A stretch of DNA of 64,000 nt, from positions 73,576 to 137,575 of IMG/VR virus record IMGVR_UViG_3300020183_000013. One strand, given 5' to 3'. This stretch comes from a virus. The notes beneath the pieces are model-generated. The model was not told the origin of the DNA and made no database searches. It saw nothing but the letters and a program-made list of their open reading frames with translations. A program made the position numbers and the translations under genes. Shown piece after piece: positions 6,110 through 18,300 of the stretch; position 1 is the stretch's first letter; each line of letters opens with the position of its first letter.

Positions 6110-6708
6110 TGTATCTCCTAGATTCTTCTGAAGAGTGGGATATCATTCACAATGAAGATCTTTGGGTTTATAATAAATTATTTCTAAGTCGGATTTTAGG
6201 ATATAACTGTGGACCTTCGGGGATTCCAGTTCCTAAGTCCGACTTTTATATTGTGCGTCCCTCTTTTAACTTATTGGGTATGGGGCGTTTCTCTCGTAGA
6301 GAGTGGATAGAAAATCTCACAGACTCTTTGCATCCTTCTGAGTTCTGGTGTGAAATCTTTGAAGGTGATCATATAAGTGTTGATTACTGTCGGAAAAAGC
6401 CTGCTCTAACTGTAAAGGGATATAGGGAACCGGAAAGTCCTCTCTATAAGTGGACTAAGTGGGAAAAAATAGAAAACTTTATAGAATTTCCAAATATCTT
6501 AAATGATCTAAAAGGTAATTATGAGTGGATAAACTGTGAATTCATTGGTGGAAACTTGATTGAGGTACATTTTAGACGCAATCCTGACTTTCGTTATGGA
6601 AATAATGTTGCGATTCCTGTCTGGAATGGCCAAAAAGTTTTGAATGATGGTAAATATAAGTATATTGAAGATTCAGATTATCTTCGAAAAGGATTTTTAG
6701 TTGATTAA
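6109..6708 (+). CDS. Putative ATP-grasp-fold protein
   Basis: YIVRPSFNLLGMG, WCEIFEGDHISVDY and INCEFIGGNLIEVHFR follow the ATP-grasp motif order. Confidence 0.6.
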   Translation: MYLLDSSEEWDIIHNEDLWVYNKLFLSRILGYNCGPSGIPVPKSDFYIVRPSFNLLGMGRFSRREWIENLTDSLHPSEFWCEIFEGDHISVDYCRKKPALTVKGYREPESPLYKWTKWEKIENFIEFPNILNDLKGNYEWINCEFIGGNLIEVHFRRNPDFRYGNNVAIPVWNGQKVLNDGKYKYIEDSDYLRKGFLVD

Positions 6709-6759
6709 AGGGATAGAAACCCCTTAAAAAGTTCTGATTTTCACGAATCAGTAGCAAAA

Positions 6760-7014
6760 ATGACTAAAAAAGTTGATAAGGACCAAAATTTTATGATAAA
6801 TCAGTGGGGAACCGAATATTTGGCAAGTGAATATGGGTGGGAAAGTAAGATTGGCAAGCAAAAAATGCTTCGTGAGATCGCAAATGACGATTTAACACCC
6901 AAAAAACACGATTTTTTCCATCAGAACGAAATTCATTCACAAATTCGAAATGATGAAGACTATGATGACTGGGATTATGGGACTGAACCCCTCTATGAAG
7001 TCAAAAAACCCTAA
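6760..7014 (+). CDS. Hypothetical protein
   Basis: 84 aa ORF filling the gap before gp25. Confidence 0.7.
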   Translation: MTKKVDKDQNFMINQWGTEYLASEYGWESKIGKQKMLREIANDDLTPKKHDFFHQNEIHSQIRNDEDYDDWDYGTEPLYEVKKP

Positions 7015-7041
7015 TAAATAAGATAGATTTATAGTATTTTT

Positions 7042-7443
7042 ATGCCTCTAGAGAGGGTAAGTAAGAGTTTTAAAGATTTAAGTATGACTTTCCAGGTCAG
7101 TCCTCTGACCTCGGACTTGATTGCTCTTAAAAATGAGAGTGCCATTGCTCGTTCAGTGCGTAATCTTGTTCTTACCCTACCTGGAGAGCGTTTTTTCAAT
7201 GAAAATCTTGGTTCAAGAGTGAGTCGTTCATTATTTGAAAATATCGATGACATTACAGCATCGATTATTCAAGATGAAATCAGAAATACAATTGAAAATT
7301 ATGAACCAAGAGTTAGATTGATTGGTGTGGATGTAAATCCAAATTTCGATGAAAATGAGTTTAACGTAACCATTCGTTATAGAATCATTGGCATTGATGT
7401 TTTACCGCAGCAATTATCATTCGCTCTACAGTCAACTCGATAA
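7042..7443 (+). CDS. gp25: Baseplate wedge subunit gp25
   Basis: IARSVRNLVLT.PGERFF..LGS and IENYEPRV motifs; TAAATA late box at 7015-7020. Confidence 0.92.
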   Translation: MPLERVSKSFKDLSMTFQVSPLTSDLIALKNESAIARSVRNLVLTLPGERFFNENLGSRVSRSLFENIDDITASIIQDEIRNTIENYEPRVRLIGVDVNPNFDENEFNVTIRYRIIGIDVLPQQLSFALQSTR

Positions 7444-9360
7444 ATGGCACTAGTAAATTTCACAGGGTTAGACTTTGATCAGTTAAAAATTTCGATTAGA
7501 GATTATCTCAGATCGAATTCAAATTTTACTGACTATGATTTTGAAGGATCAAATCTTTCCGTACTTGTTGATGTTCTTGCTTATAACACATATATTTCCT
7601 CATATAATGCTAATATGGTTAGCAATGAGGTTTTTATTGACTCGGCAACACTTCGTGAAAATGTTGTTTCTCTTGCAAGAAATATTGGTTATGTTCCAAG
7701 ATCAAGAAAAGCAGCAAAGGCAAATATTTCTCTCTTTGTAGATACTACTGAGTTCTCTACAACACCTTTAACAATGACCCTGAAAAGGGGAGTTGTTTGT
7801 TCTACAGGTAATGTTTTTGGAAACGTCAGTTATGCATTTACAATCTCTGAAGATAAGACCGTTCCTGTAGTCAATAATATTGCATTGTTTGACAATGTAG
7901 ATATTGTTGAGGGTAATTTTGTAGTTACTAATTTTGTAAAAGATCCTTATAATAAGAAACAAAGATTTATCCTTCCAAATACTGGAATTGATACTTCTAC
8001 AATTAAAGTTACAGTAAAGAGTAACCAATATTCTACAAGTAGGACCGTATATACCTTAGCAGAGAATCTGTTTAACGTTACTGCGAATTCAAACATATAT
8101 CTGATTCAAGAGATTGAAGACGGCCAATATGAACTTATTTTTGGTGATGGTGTTTTTGGAAGACAACTATCCGATGGAAATGTAATCGAAGTAAGTTATA
8201 ATGTCTGTAATGGAGAGAATGGAAATAATATTTCTTCATTCTCTTTTGCAGGAAGAATTACATATTTGAATGGTTCAACTGAAGTTGTTGTTACTTCTGG
8301 AATATCACTCGTCACTACGAATACACCATCATTTGGTGGAGCTGCGATTCAAAGTGTTGATGCAATACGTAAATATGCACCAAAGTACTTTTCAACTAAA
8401 AACAGAGCAGTAACTGCAAGTGACTATGAATCTTTGGTTTCTTTAGTATATCCAGAGGCTAAGTCAATATCCGTTTTTGGCGGTGAAGAACTATCACCAC
8501 CAAAGTATGGGAAGGTTTTTATTAGCATCAAACCAACAAATGGTAATTACTTATCAAATACCATTAAAGAGAATATTCAAAGAGATTTAAGAAAATACTC
8601 TGTAGCGGGAATTGTCACTGAGATTATCGACCTTAAGTATCTCTTTATTGAAGTAAATAGTAAAGTTTATTACAATACAAATCAAAGTCAAAGTAGTTCA
8701 CAACTTAAAACTACAGTATCTTCTAATATAGAAAACTATTCTAAATCATCCGAACTGAATGGTTTTGGTTCACGATTTAAATATAGTAAGTTCTTAAAAC
8801 TTATTGATGATAGTGATCAGGCAATTACATCAAACATTACCACAATTGTCATTAGAAGAGATTTGTCGGTGAATCTGAATGCGTTTACAAAGTATGAGAT
8901 TTGTTATGGAAACCGCTTTAATATCAAAAATATGAGTGGTTATAATATTAAGTCTTCTGGATTTAAAATAGCGGGTCTTAATGATACTTTATATCTTGGT
9001 GATTTGCCTGATGCAAATGGTCTCAAGGGTAGAGTTTTCTTATTTAAATTGTCTGCAACCAATAGTCCAATAATTGTTAGAAACAATGTTGGAACTATAG
9101 ATTATATCAAAGGTGAAATTTTATTGAATCCAATAAACATCTCATCAACCACATTGCAGAAAGATGGAAGCTCCACAATTGAAATTTCTGCGGTTCCATA
9201 TTCAAATGATGTTATCGGATTACAGGACTTGTATTTGTCCCTAGATATTAATAATACCAATGTTGAAATCATTCCAGATAAAATCTTATCTGGAACAAAT
9301 CCTTCAGGAAAAGACTACATCGTATCCTCAAGTTATTCAAACGGACTTCTTGTAAGATAA
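7444..9360 (+). CDS. gp6: Baseplate wedge protein gp6
   Basis: LDFDQLK..FTDYDFEGS.LS.L.D.LAYNT, FGDGVFG, NRAVTASDY. Confidence 0.93.
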   Translation: MALVNFTGLDFDQLKISIRDYLRSNSNFTDYDFEGSNLSVLVDVLAYNTYISSYNANMVSNEVFIDSATLRENVVSLARNIGYVPRSRKAAKANISLFVDTTEFSTTPLTMTLKRGVVCSTGNVFGNVSYAFTISEDKTVPVVNNIALFDNVDIVEGNFVVTNFVKDPYNKKQRFILPNTGIDTSTIKVTVKSNQYSTSRTVYTLAENLFNVTANSNIYLIQEIEDGQYELIFGDGVFGRQLSDGNVIEVSYNVCNGENGNNISSFSFAGRITYLNGSTEVVVTSGISLVTTNTPSFGGAAIQSVDAIRKYAPKYFSTKNRAVTASDYESLVSLVYPEAKSISVFGGEELSPPKYGKVFISIKPTNGNYLSNTIKENIQRDLRKYSVAGIVTEIIDLKYLFIEVNSKVYYNTNQSQSSSQLKTTVSSNIENYSKSSELNGFGSRFKYSKFLKLIDDSDQAITSNITTIVIRRDLSVNLNAFTKYEICYGNRFNIKNMSGYNIKSSGFKIAGLNDTLYLGDLPDANGLKGRVFLFKLSATNSPIIVRNNVGTIDYIKGEILLNPINISSTTLQKDGSSTIEISAVPYSNDVIGLQDLYLSLDINNTNVEIIPDKILSGTNPSGKDYIVSSSYSNGLLVR

Positions 9361-9364
9361 AGTA

Positions 9365-12300
9365 ATGACAGAAAATAGAGTAAAAGTTTCTTCAGTTGTA
9401 AAAAATCAACTTCCTTCCTTTGTGCGAGAGGACTTTCCTCTTGTAGCAGAATTCTTAACTCAATATTACAAATCTCAAGAATATCAAGGTGCTCCAAAAG
9501 ATTTACTTGAGAATATTGACAGATATTTAAAGATTGATAATCTTACAAATTTAGTTGAAGAGACTACTCTTACTCAAGATATTAGTTTTTTTGAAACTGA
9601 TATCAGAATTGATCCAACAACCATTAAAGGTTTCCCAGAAACCAATGGACTGGTTAAGATTGATGATGAAATTATCTTATATTCCGCTCTTTCAAAGTCT
9701 AACCCAACTTTCGAGTATCCAGATACTTTATCTGGTTGTTCAAGAGGATTCAGTGGTGTAACGTCATACGAAGATTCGCAAAAAACTGATAAGTTAATTT
9801 TTAGTCAGAGTGAAGCGCAAGAACATACTTTAGGAACTAAAGTAATTAACTTAAATGTTCTTTTTCTAAAAGAATTTCTTAAAAAAGTTAAAAAGCAATT
9901 TATTCCTGGATTTGAAGATAGGTTATCCAGCGAAATCAATCAGAACGTCTTCATAAAGCAGTCAAATGACTTCTATACCTCAAAAGGAACTGATCAGTCA
10001 TTTGAACTCCTTTTCAGAGCATTATACGGAGAAGATGTTCAAGTTATCAAACCAAGAGACTTTTTAATCAAACCCTCTTCTGCTGGTTATAGAGTTAGTT
10101 TAGATTTGGTCACGGAATTGGTTGAAGGTGATCCTTATCAATTACTGAACCAAACTTTGTATCAGAATGAATATTCTCAATATAATATCCCCAAGGCTTA
10201 CGGTTCAATATCTAAGGTAGAAAAGGTTAGTTTTTCTGAAGAAAGTTATTATAAAATAAGTTTGGATTATGATTATGCTAAAGATATTAACCTAAGAGGA
10301 AGTGTCTTTGGAACTTTTTCTGTTCATCCAAAAACAACACTAACTTTAGAAACTTCTATTGGATCTACATTTATTGATGTTGACTCTACAGTAGGATTCC
10401 CTGTTTCTGGCACATTAATTATCAGAAACAGTCAGGGAGTAGAGGAAACTGTTACTTATGCTGATAAGACAAATACACAGTTTTTAGGCGTACAAGGTCT
10501 TTCTATTGCCTTTGAGGCTGGGTCTCCAGTAACTCTGGATGTTTATTGCTTTGGATATTCGAAAGAAGACTCAAGTGAAGTTAAACTGAGAGTTAGATCA
10601 GTACTTTCTGATTTGAAAATAGAAGGTGACACATATTATTTTTCACCTAATGAAAAAATTAGAATTAAATCTTTAGGTATCATAAGTGATGATTCTAAAA
10701 AGAATGAGTGGATTTTAAATATCCCAAATAGATACGAATCAGTAAGAATTACTAGTTTTATCAGAAGAGATGAAGGTAGAAATGAATATATCTATAATTT
10801 AAGAACTCCAAATGAAAATTCAATCAACGTTGGTGATAGAGTAACATTAACGAGTAACACTATTAGAGGTGTAACTGGAACAGTAATTGGAATAGTCGAT
10901 TCCAATACTTTTACTACATCTTTTGGGCAAAGTTTAAATCAGACAATAGATTATACTTTAAGAAAAACAATCTCAAAGGCATTCTCCTTAAAGTATCCAA
11001 ATATCTCCAATTATACTACAAACGTTCAAAATACATACCTAAATTTCAAGGATGAAATTTTAGTTTCATCCTCATCAATTCCAAGTTATTATAGTGGTAT
11101 AGACCCTGTAAGTATTAATGCATTTAATAAATCTTTTGTACTTCAAGATGGGATTTATAGTGAAGATACAACTTTAAATCTTTCCACATCAAATCCAAAT
11201 TTATCTGATCACGAATTATATACAGGTGATTCTGTTTATTATAGTGGTCCAGAAAATCAAACATTCTTAGGATTAAATTCAGGAATATATTTTGTTAAGA
11301 GAGTTGATAATACCTCAATAAAACTTGCTAGAAGTAGATCAAATCTGTATGAAGGTGAGTTTGTAACTTTTACAGGTTCTATAAGTGGAAATAAATTAGA
11401 TTATATTGATTTTTATAATAAGTCTCTTTATCCTCAAAATATTTTAAGGGAGATTAAAGATCCAGTAGATTTTGGTGGAGGTCACGAAACAAAACCAGGA
11501 TCTGTTGGTATACTTGTTAATGGTGTAGAAATTTTAAATTATAAGTCCCAAGACTCTATTTTCTATGGAAAACTTGAAAGTATTGACGTAACATCACCTG
11601 GATCTAATTATGATGTTATTAACCCACCAGTGCTTGAAATAAGTGATCCAACTGGAGTTGGTGCAACAGGAACTTGTTCAGTAATTGGATCTCTGAAAAG
11701 AATTGATCTCAAAGACCCAGGATTTGATTATATTTCAAAACCAGTAATTACAATTACTGGAGGTAATGGAACAGGTGCTCTTGCTGAAGTTACATTAAAA
11801 GATGTTGAGCATAACGTATTTTTTAATGCTCTGTCTGGTATTAATACCAACAATAATACAATCGGATTTACAACTTATCACAAATTTAGAAATTCTGAGA
11901 GAGTAATATACAATAACTACGGACAAACTGCAGTTTCTGGATTAGTTACAAATTCAGATTATTATGTTTCTGTAGTAGATTTCAATACGATTAAATTACA
12001 TTCCAACCAAGATGATGCTATCGTTGGATTAAATACTATTTCCTTGTCTCCTGGTGCGGGAGTTCAGGAACTTAAATCTTACTCAAGTAAAAAAATTATT
12101 GCCGGAATTGAAGTTATAAATTCTGGTTCTGGATATTGCACTAAAAAAAGATCTATAGTAGGAGTTAATACTGCAATAGATCAAATTAATATTAATAGAC
12201 ACGGTTATTCCAGTGGAGAAAAAGTAACCTATTATTCTGAAGGAACATCAATAGAAGGACTTGTACCAAGTACAACTTATTTTGTAGATGTTGTTGACTT

Positions 12301-15300
12301 TAATAATTTTAAACTTTGTGAAGTAGGAGTTGGAAATACTTCAGAGTATTTTTACTATGATAGCAAAAAATACGTTAATCTGAGATCTTCTGGATTAGGA
12401 ACTCAGTTCTTCAAATATCCTGAGATTACTGTAACAGTTTCTGGCAATATTGGAATTACTACACTGTTCAATCAAGATCTAAGCATTTTTGAGGCAAAAA
12501 TCCAACCAGTTTTCAGAGGTGAACTAGAATCTATTGATGTTGTTGAATCCGGTTCTTCATATGGAAGCTCTGAGATTATTAACTTTGTGAAGCAACCTAA
12601 CTTTATATTGAAGAGTGGTAAAAATGCAGAACTTCAACCAGTAGTATCAAATGGTTCAATAGTTGATGTTTTAGTCCTTTCTGGAGGATCTGAATATAAT
12701 TCACCACCTGATCTTGTGATAAGGGGTGATGGTTATGGTGCCAAGTTAACACCGATAATTTCTAATGGAGAAATTATCTCCGTTAAAATCATTAGAGGAG
12801 GAAATAATTATACACCAGGAACCTCCATCAGTGTGATTCCTGCAGGTCAAGGATGCAATCTAAATGCAAATATCCAAAAATGGACAATTAATGTTGTAGA
12901 AAAGAATATTCACAATATTGGAGCTGATGACGGATTCTTAGAGGTATCATCTAACAAGAAAGAACAGTTACAATATTATCATCTATATGCTCCAAGAAAA
13001 CTGCGCGAGTCTGTATATTCACGCTCTATTGATAATTTAAAAGTTGATACTGATATTATTAAAAATAATGCTGGCGTAGAAATTTCTTCAAAAAATCATT
13101 CACCAATAATTGGTTGGGCATATGATGGAAATCCAATTTATGGCCCATATGGTTATACTGAAAAATCAGGAGGAACAGTCAAGTTACTAACTTCTGGTTA
13201 TGTTGCTACACTGAAAGCGAACAGACCTCCCGAATATGTTGATGGAAAACTATCATATCCATTAGGATTTTTTATAGAAGATCACGATTATATTGGAAAT
13301 TCTGATCTTGATGAACATAATGGAAGATTCTGTGTAACACCAGATTATCCAAATGGTACATATGCATATTTTGCTTCTATAGAATCTCTTCCTTCTGTTG
13401 GTGGAGTATTCAATAATTATAGAAAACCCAAGTTCCCATATTTAATTGGAGACAGCTTTAAGTCAAAACCAAATAAATTTAATTTCAGTGCATTTTCCAA
13501 TCAAAATTCAATAGATCTTAATGAGACAGATTGGTTTAGAAATACATCATTCTTAAGAACCAGTTACTATGATTATATCTTTAATCCAAATAACTTTAAG
13601 AATCACAATTCTACAATTATATCCACATCGGTAGGAACAATTGAATCTGTTGGTATTTTAACTGGAGGAGTAAACTATAAGGTAAATAATTCTGTTATCT
13701 TTGATAATTTAAATAGCGGCGGAGTAAATGCAAATGCAACTGTAGAAAGAGTTTCTGGAAAAACAGTTTCGAACATTAGTGTTGGTACAACTTTCATTAC
13801 TGATGTTCAATTATTACCATCTCGTGGTGGTGAAATAATTGCATTTACCGAATATCCCCATAATTTAAACAATGATAATCTTACCCGTATTTCGGGAATT
13901 AATACTTCTACATCAGATATCTACGGATCGTATAACATAGGAGTATCTTCTAGTTTTTATATTCTAACTCAAGAGTTAGCAAACTCAGCAACTACCGGTA
14001 TTACCACATACATCTTTGTTGATGGTAATATTTCTTTCCCATATCTTAGAGAAGATGATATTTTAACCATTGAATCTGAAAAAGTAAAAGTCCTTAATAT
14101 TGACCTAGCACAATCTAGAATAAGAGTTAACAGAGAATATAATGGAACAACTGGTGCAGCACACACTGCAACAACAGTAATTTACAATGATTCAAGAACC
14201 TTTACTTTTACACACAATATCAAGGGACAAAATAATTTTGAAATTGATAGAAAATTATATTTCAATCCAATTGAAACAGTTGGATTAGGAACTATTGCCG
14301 GAGTAGGGATTGGAACAACATTATCATTCTCAAACCCCGGAGTTGGAGTCACACAAAAGTTCATACCAACAAGAACTTTGTATTTACCAAATCACCAATT
14401 AAAAACTGGAGATTTACTAATCTACTCAAGTGGTAATGGAAGCCCTATTTCCATATCCACAAATGGTATTTCAACATCATCTCTTACAAATTTACAAACA
14501 GTTTATGCAGCCAAGTTTTCAGATGATCTAATTGGAATTTCAACTGTTAAAGTATATTTGAACTCCTCTGGTAACTTTGTAGGAGTTGCAAGTACTTCTA
14601 ATAGTATTTTGTATTTCACTGGAATCGGTACCGGTGTATATCACAGTTTTACAACTGTAAAAAATAATGTTCTTAAGTGTTTAGTAAGTAAGAACACAGT
14701 AACTGTATCGACTGCATCTACTCACAACCTCAATTTAAAAGATAATGTAAAAATTGATGTAAATCCATCTATAGGATCTACTATTATTGTAAAGTATGAT
14801 GATTATAATAGAAGAATTCTAATCAATCCTAAGAGTTTCTTATCCTCAGATATTGATTTAACTGAAAATTCTATTTACTTACAAAATCATGACTTTAAGA
14901 ATGGGGATAAAGTAGTATACACTGCAAACTCACCATCTGGTGGATTGGAAAACAATAGAATTTATTATGTATTTTCCTTTACTAAAGACAAGATAAAATT
15001 ATGTGAAGATAGACACAAAGTTTTTTCTGAAAATCCAATATTTGTTGATATTACATCTGCAACTGATGGAACACTTTCGCCAATAAATCCACCAATCAAA
15101 CTCTATAAAAATTCATCTGTTAAATTTGATTTATCAGATTCATCTTTATCTGTTGTAAGAAATCTACAAAGATATCCTGCCTTTGAATTTAATATCTTTA
15201 AAGATTCTGAATTCAATTTCTTATTTGATTCTTCTGTACAGTCTAATAATTTTGAAGTAATTAGATCTACTGGAAGAGTTGGTATTGATGAATCTGCATC

Positions 15301-18300
15301 AGTAACCATTAGAATTAAAAATACTACTCCAACAACACTTTATTACGACTTGACTCCTTTAGATAATTCAATTACAAGAAATAGTGATAAATTTGAAAAA
15401 ATTATTGATAAAGAGGTTGTTAACAACAATCAAATAACATTATTAAACAGCGGATATAGTGGATCTTATTCTGTTTCAGGAATAACTAGCACAACATTTA
15501 GTTATGATATTCAGAATGTACCCGAAAAATCTTCATACACTACTTCCGAAGCCTTTATAACTTATGATACTTCATCATTAACAGAATCTGGATCTATAAC
15601 AAAGATTAAAGTTAATAATAGAGGAATAAATTATAAAGTATTACCAGGAATTTCAACCGTTTCTACTCAAAATGGTTCTGGTGCTATTTTAGAACCTCAA
15701 AGTAGATCAATTGGAAAAATTATATCAACAAAAATTGATGATATTGGATTTAATTATCCAACAGACTTTACTTTAAAACCAATAGTTAATGTTCCAGAAA
15801 TTTTGAAAATGGAACAATTAACTTCATTTGAAAAAATTGATGTTCTTACATATGGTAAAAATTACTTGGTTCCTCCTAGAATTATTGTTTTAGATGGATT
15901 TAGAAAAAATGTTGTAAATGATGTTATATTGAGATTTGATTTTAGAAGTAAAGAATTAAAGATTGAAAAGAACACTTTTGGAATCTCCAATGTTGATCCA
16001 ATCTTTATCCCTGTAAATAATTCTAATGGCGTAGGAATTGGATCTATATCATTTAACCCATCAACTAAAAATGTCACTGTTAAGATGGGTGTTGGATTTA
16101 GCACGGATAATACATTCCCATTTGAAGTTGGTGATCGTGTTTTAATTGAAAATATTGGAATTACAACTTTAGGAAAAGGATATAATTCTTCTCAATATAA
16201 CTATCAACTCTTTACATTAACAGAAGTCGATCAAAATATTGGTGGTATAGGATCAGTAACATATAATCTTTCTGACTTCTTATCTGATGGAGAATATCCA
16301 GGTATTTTTGATTCGGAAATTACTTCTGGAAGAATCATTCCAGAAAAGGATTTCCCAACCTTTAAGGCAATCTTGAAGAAGAATAACTTTATCATTGGTG
16401 AAGAAGTTGAAACTACAAATGGTTATAATGGTGTTATTGAAAGTTGGAACTCAAACATTGAGTTATTAAAAGTTTCTTCCGATAGTGATTTTAAAATTGG
16501 AGAAACTGTAACTGGTAAGACCTCAAATACGCAAGGAATAATTAGAAGCAAAATTGATTTTGATGCGTATGTAAATCTAGATAGTAGTTCTTTAGTTTCT
16601 AGTGGATGGGAGTATGAGACTGGTATTCTCAACAATTCTACTCAAAGAGTTCATGACAATGAATACTATCAAGATTTTTCATATTCTCTTAAGTCCAAAG
16701 TTTCATATGATGTTTGGGATAGTGCTGTAGATTCACTCAATCATACATCAGGATTCCTAAAGTTTAGTGATCTAATAGTTGAGTCTTCTCCTTCAGTTTC
16801 TGGATCACCAATAATAGCTCAAAATGCAACCGAAACTTTGGTTGATATTGTTGAAGAAGTTGATACCAACTGTACATTTAATTTTGATTTGGTAACCGAA
16901 ACTTCTTTCTCAATTGCCTCGGAGACACTATCCAATCAAATTTTATTCAATAATAAAACTTTGATGGATTATTCTGAGTCAATTGGAAACAGAGTATTAC
17001 TAATTGATGATATAAGTCCACAATTCAACAGCACTCCAAGACCAACCAATTTTTCTGTAGTTGGGTATTCAAGTGTTGATTCTCATTATAGAAAATATTT
17101 TGTTCACATTAGAGATAAGGTATTTTCTAAAGAACGTCAATTAATGTTGATTTCGGTTCTCCACGATGGATCCAATATATTTTCGAATCAATATGCAAAA
17201 GTCAATACTTATAGAGATCTTGGATCTTTTGATTTCAAAATTTCTGGATTAGATTTACAATTTCTTTATTATCCAATTGATTTTGAAGTAAATGATTATA
17301 ATGTTTCTCACGTTTCTTATGGATTAGAAGATGCATTCTCTGGAATTGGAACAGTTTCTCTAGGAGATTCTGTAAACATTGTAACTGATAGCATAGAAAT
17401 TCAGTCTGGAATAACTACAACTGTTGTTGGAATTGCATCAACATATAGGTCTTCTAAGATTTTAGTTCTTGTAAATGATGTAGATAATAATGTTTACCAA
17501 TCAAATGAACTTAGTGTTCTTTTTGACGGTACTGATGTTAACCTGTTGGAGTACGGTCAACTTTCTAATGACAATCTGACCTCATTTGGATCTCCTGGTA
17601 TAGGAACCTATGTGGTTTATTATGATGCACTTTCATCACTAATTAATGTTGATTTTGTTCCAAGAGTTGGATTGGGAGCATCCTTGATAGCAAACACTAT
17701 TTGTGTATCAATATCAAATACTTCTTCAGTTGGAGTTGGAACAACAGTTTTACAAACTGGTGATCTCAATTCTACAGTTACTTCAATAGCTTCTACTACG
17801 GCTCCAGTTCAAGTTCAAATTTCTCAGTTCCAATCACCACACGAATCTTCATATTGCATTGTAAGTATTGAAGATCTTACAAATAACCAATATAGAATGT
17901 CGGAGGTTGTTTCAATAACTGATGATGATAATGCATATTTTGTTGAATATGGAATTATTGAAACTGGAAGCGGAATTGGAACAATTGGAATAGGCACAAC
18001 TACTTCAAATAAAGTAAATCTATATTTTACTCCTAATGCAAATACAGAGACTCAAGTTAGAGTTTTCCAAAATTCTCTCAGTCTTCAGGATGATGAAATT
18101 GAACTTGCATTAATAGATCTTAACAATGGCGAAATTGAGTCTGGTTATGGAGAATATACCGGTATTGAAAAATCGGTCAGAAAAGATTTCAATTTAACTC
18201 ATAAAGGAAATCAAATTTTTGAGCGCACATTTGTTGGTAGCAGTTCAACAACGGTTGATGTTGCTACAAATACTATTCTAATTCCAAATCACTTCTTCGT

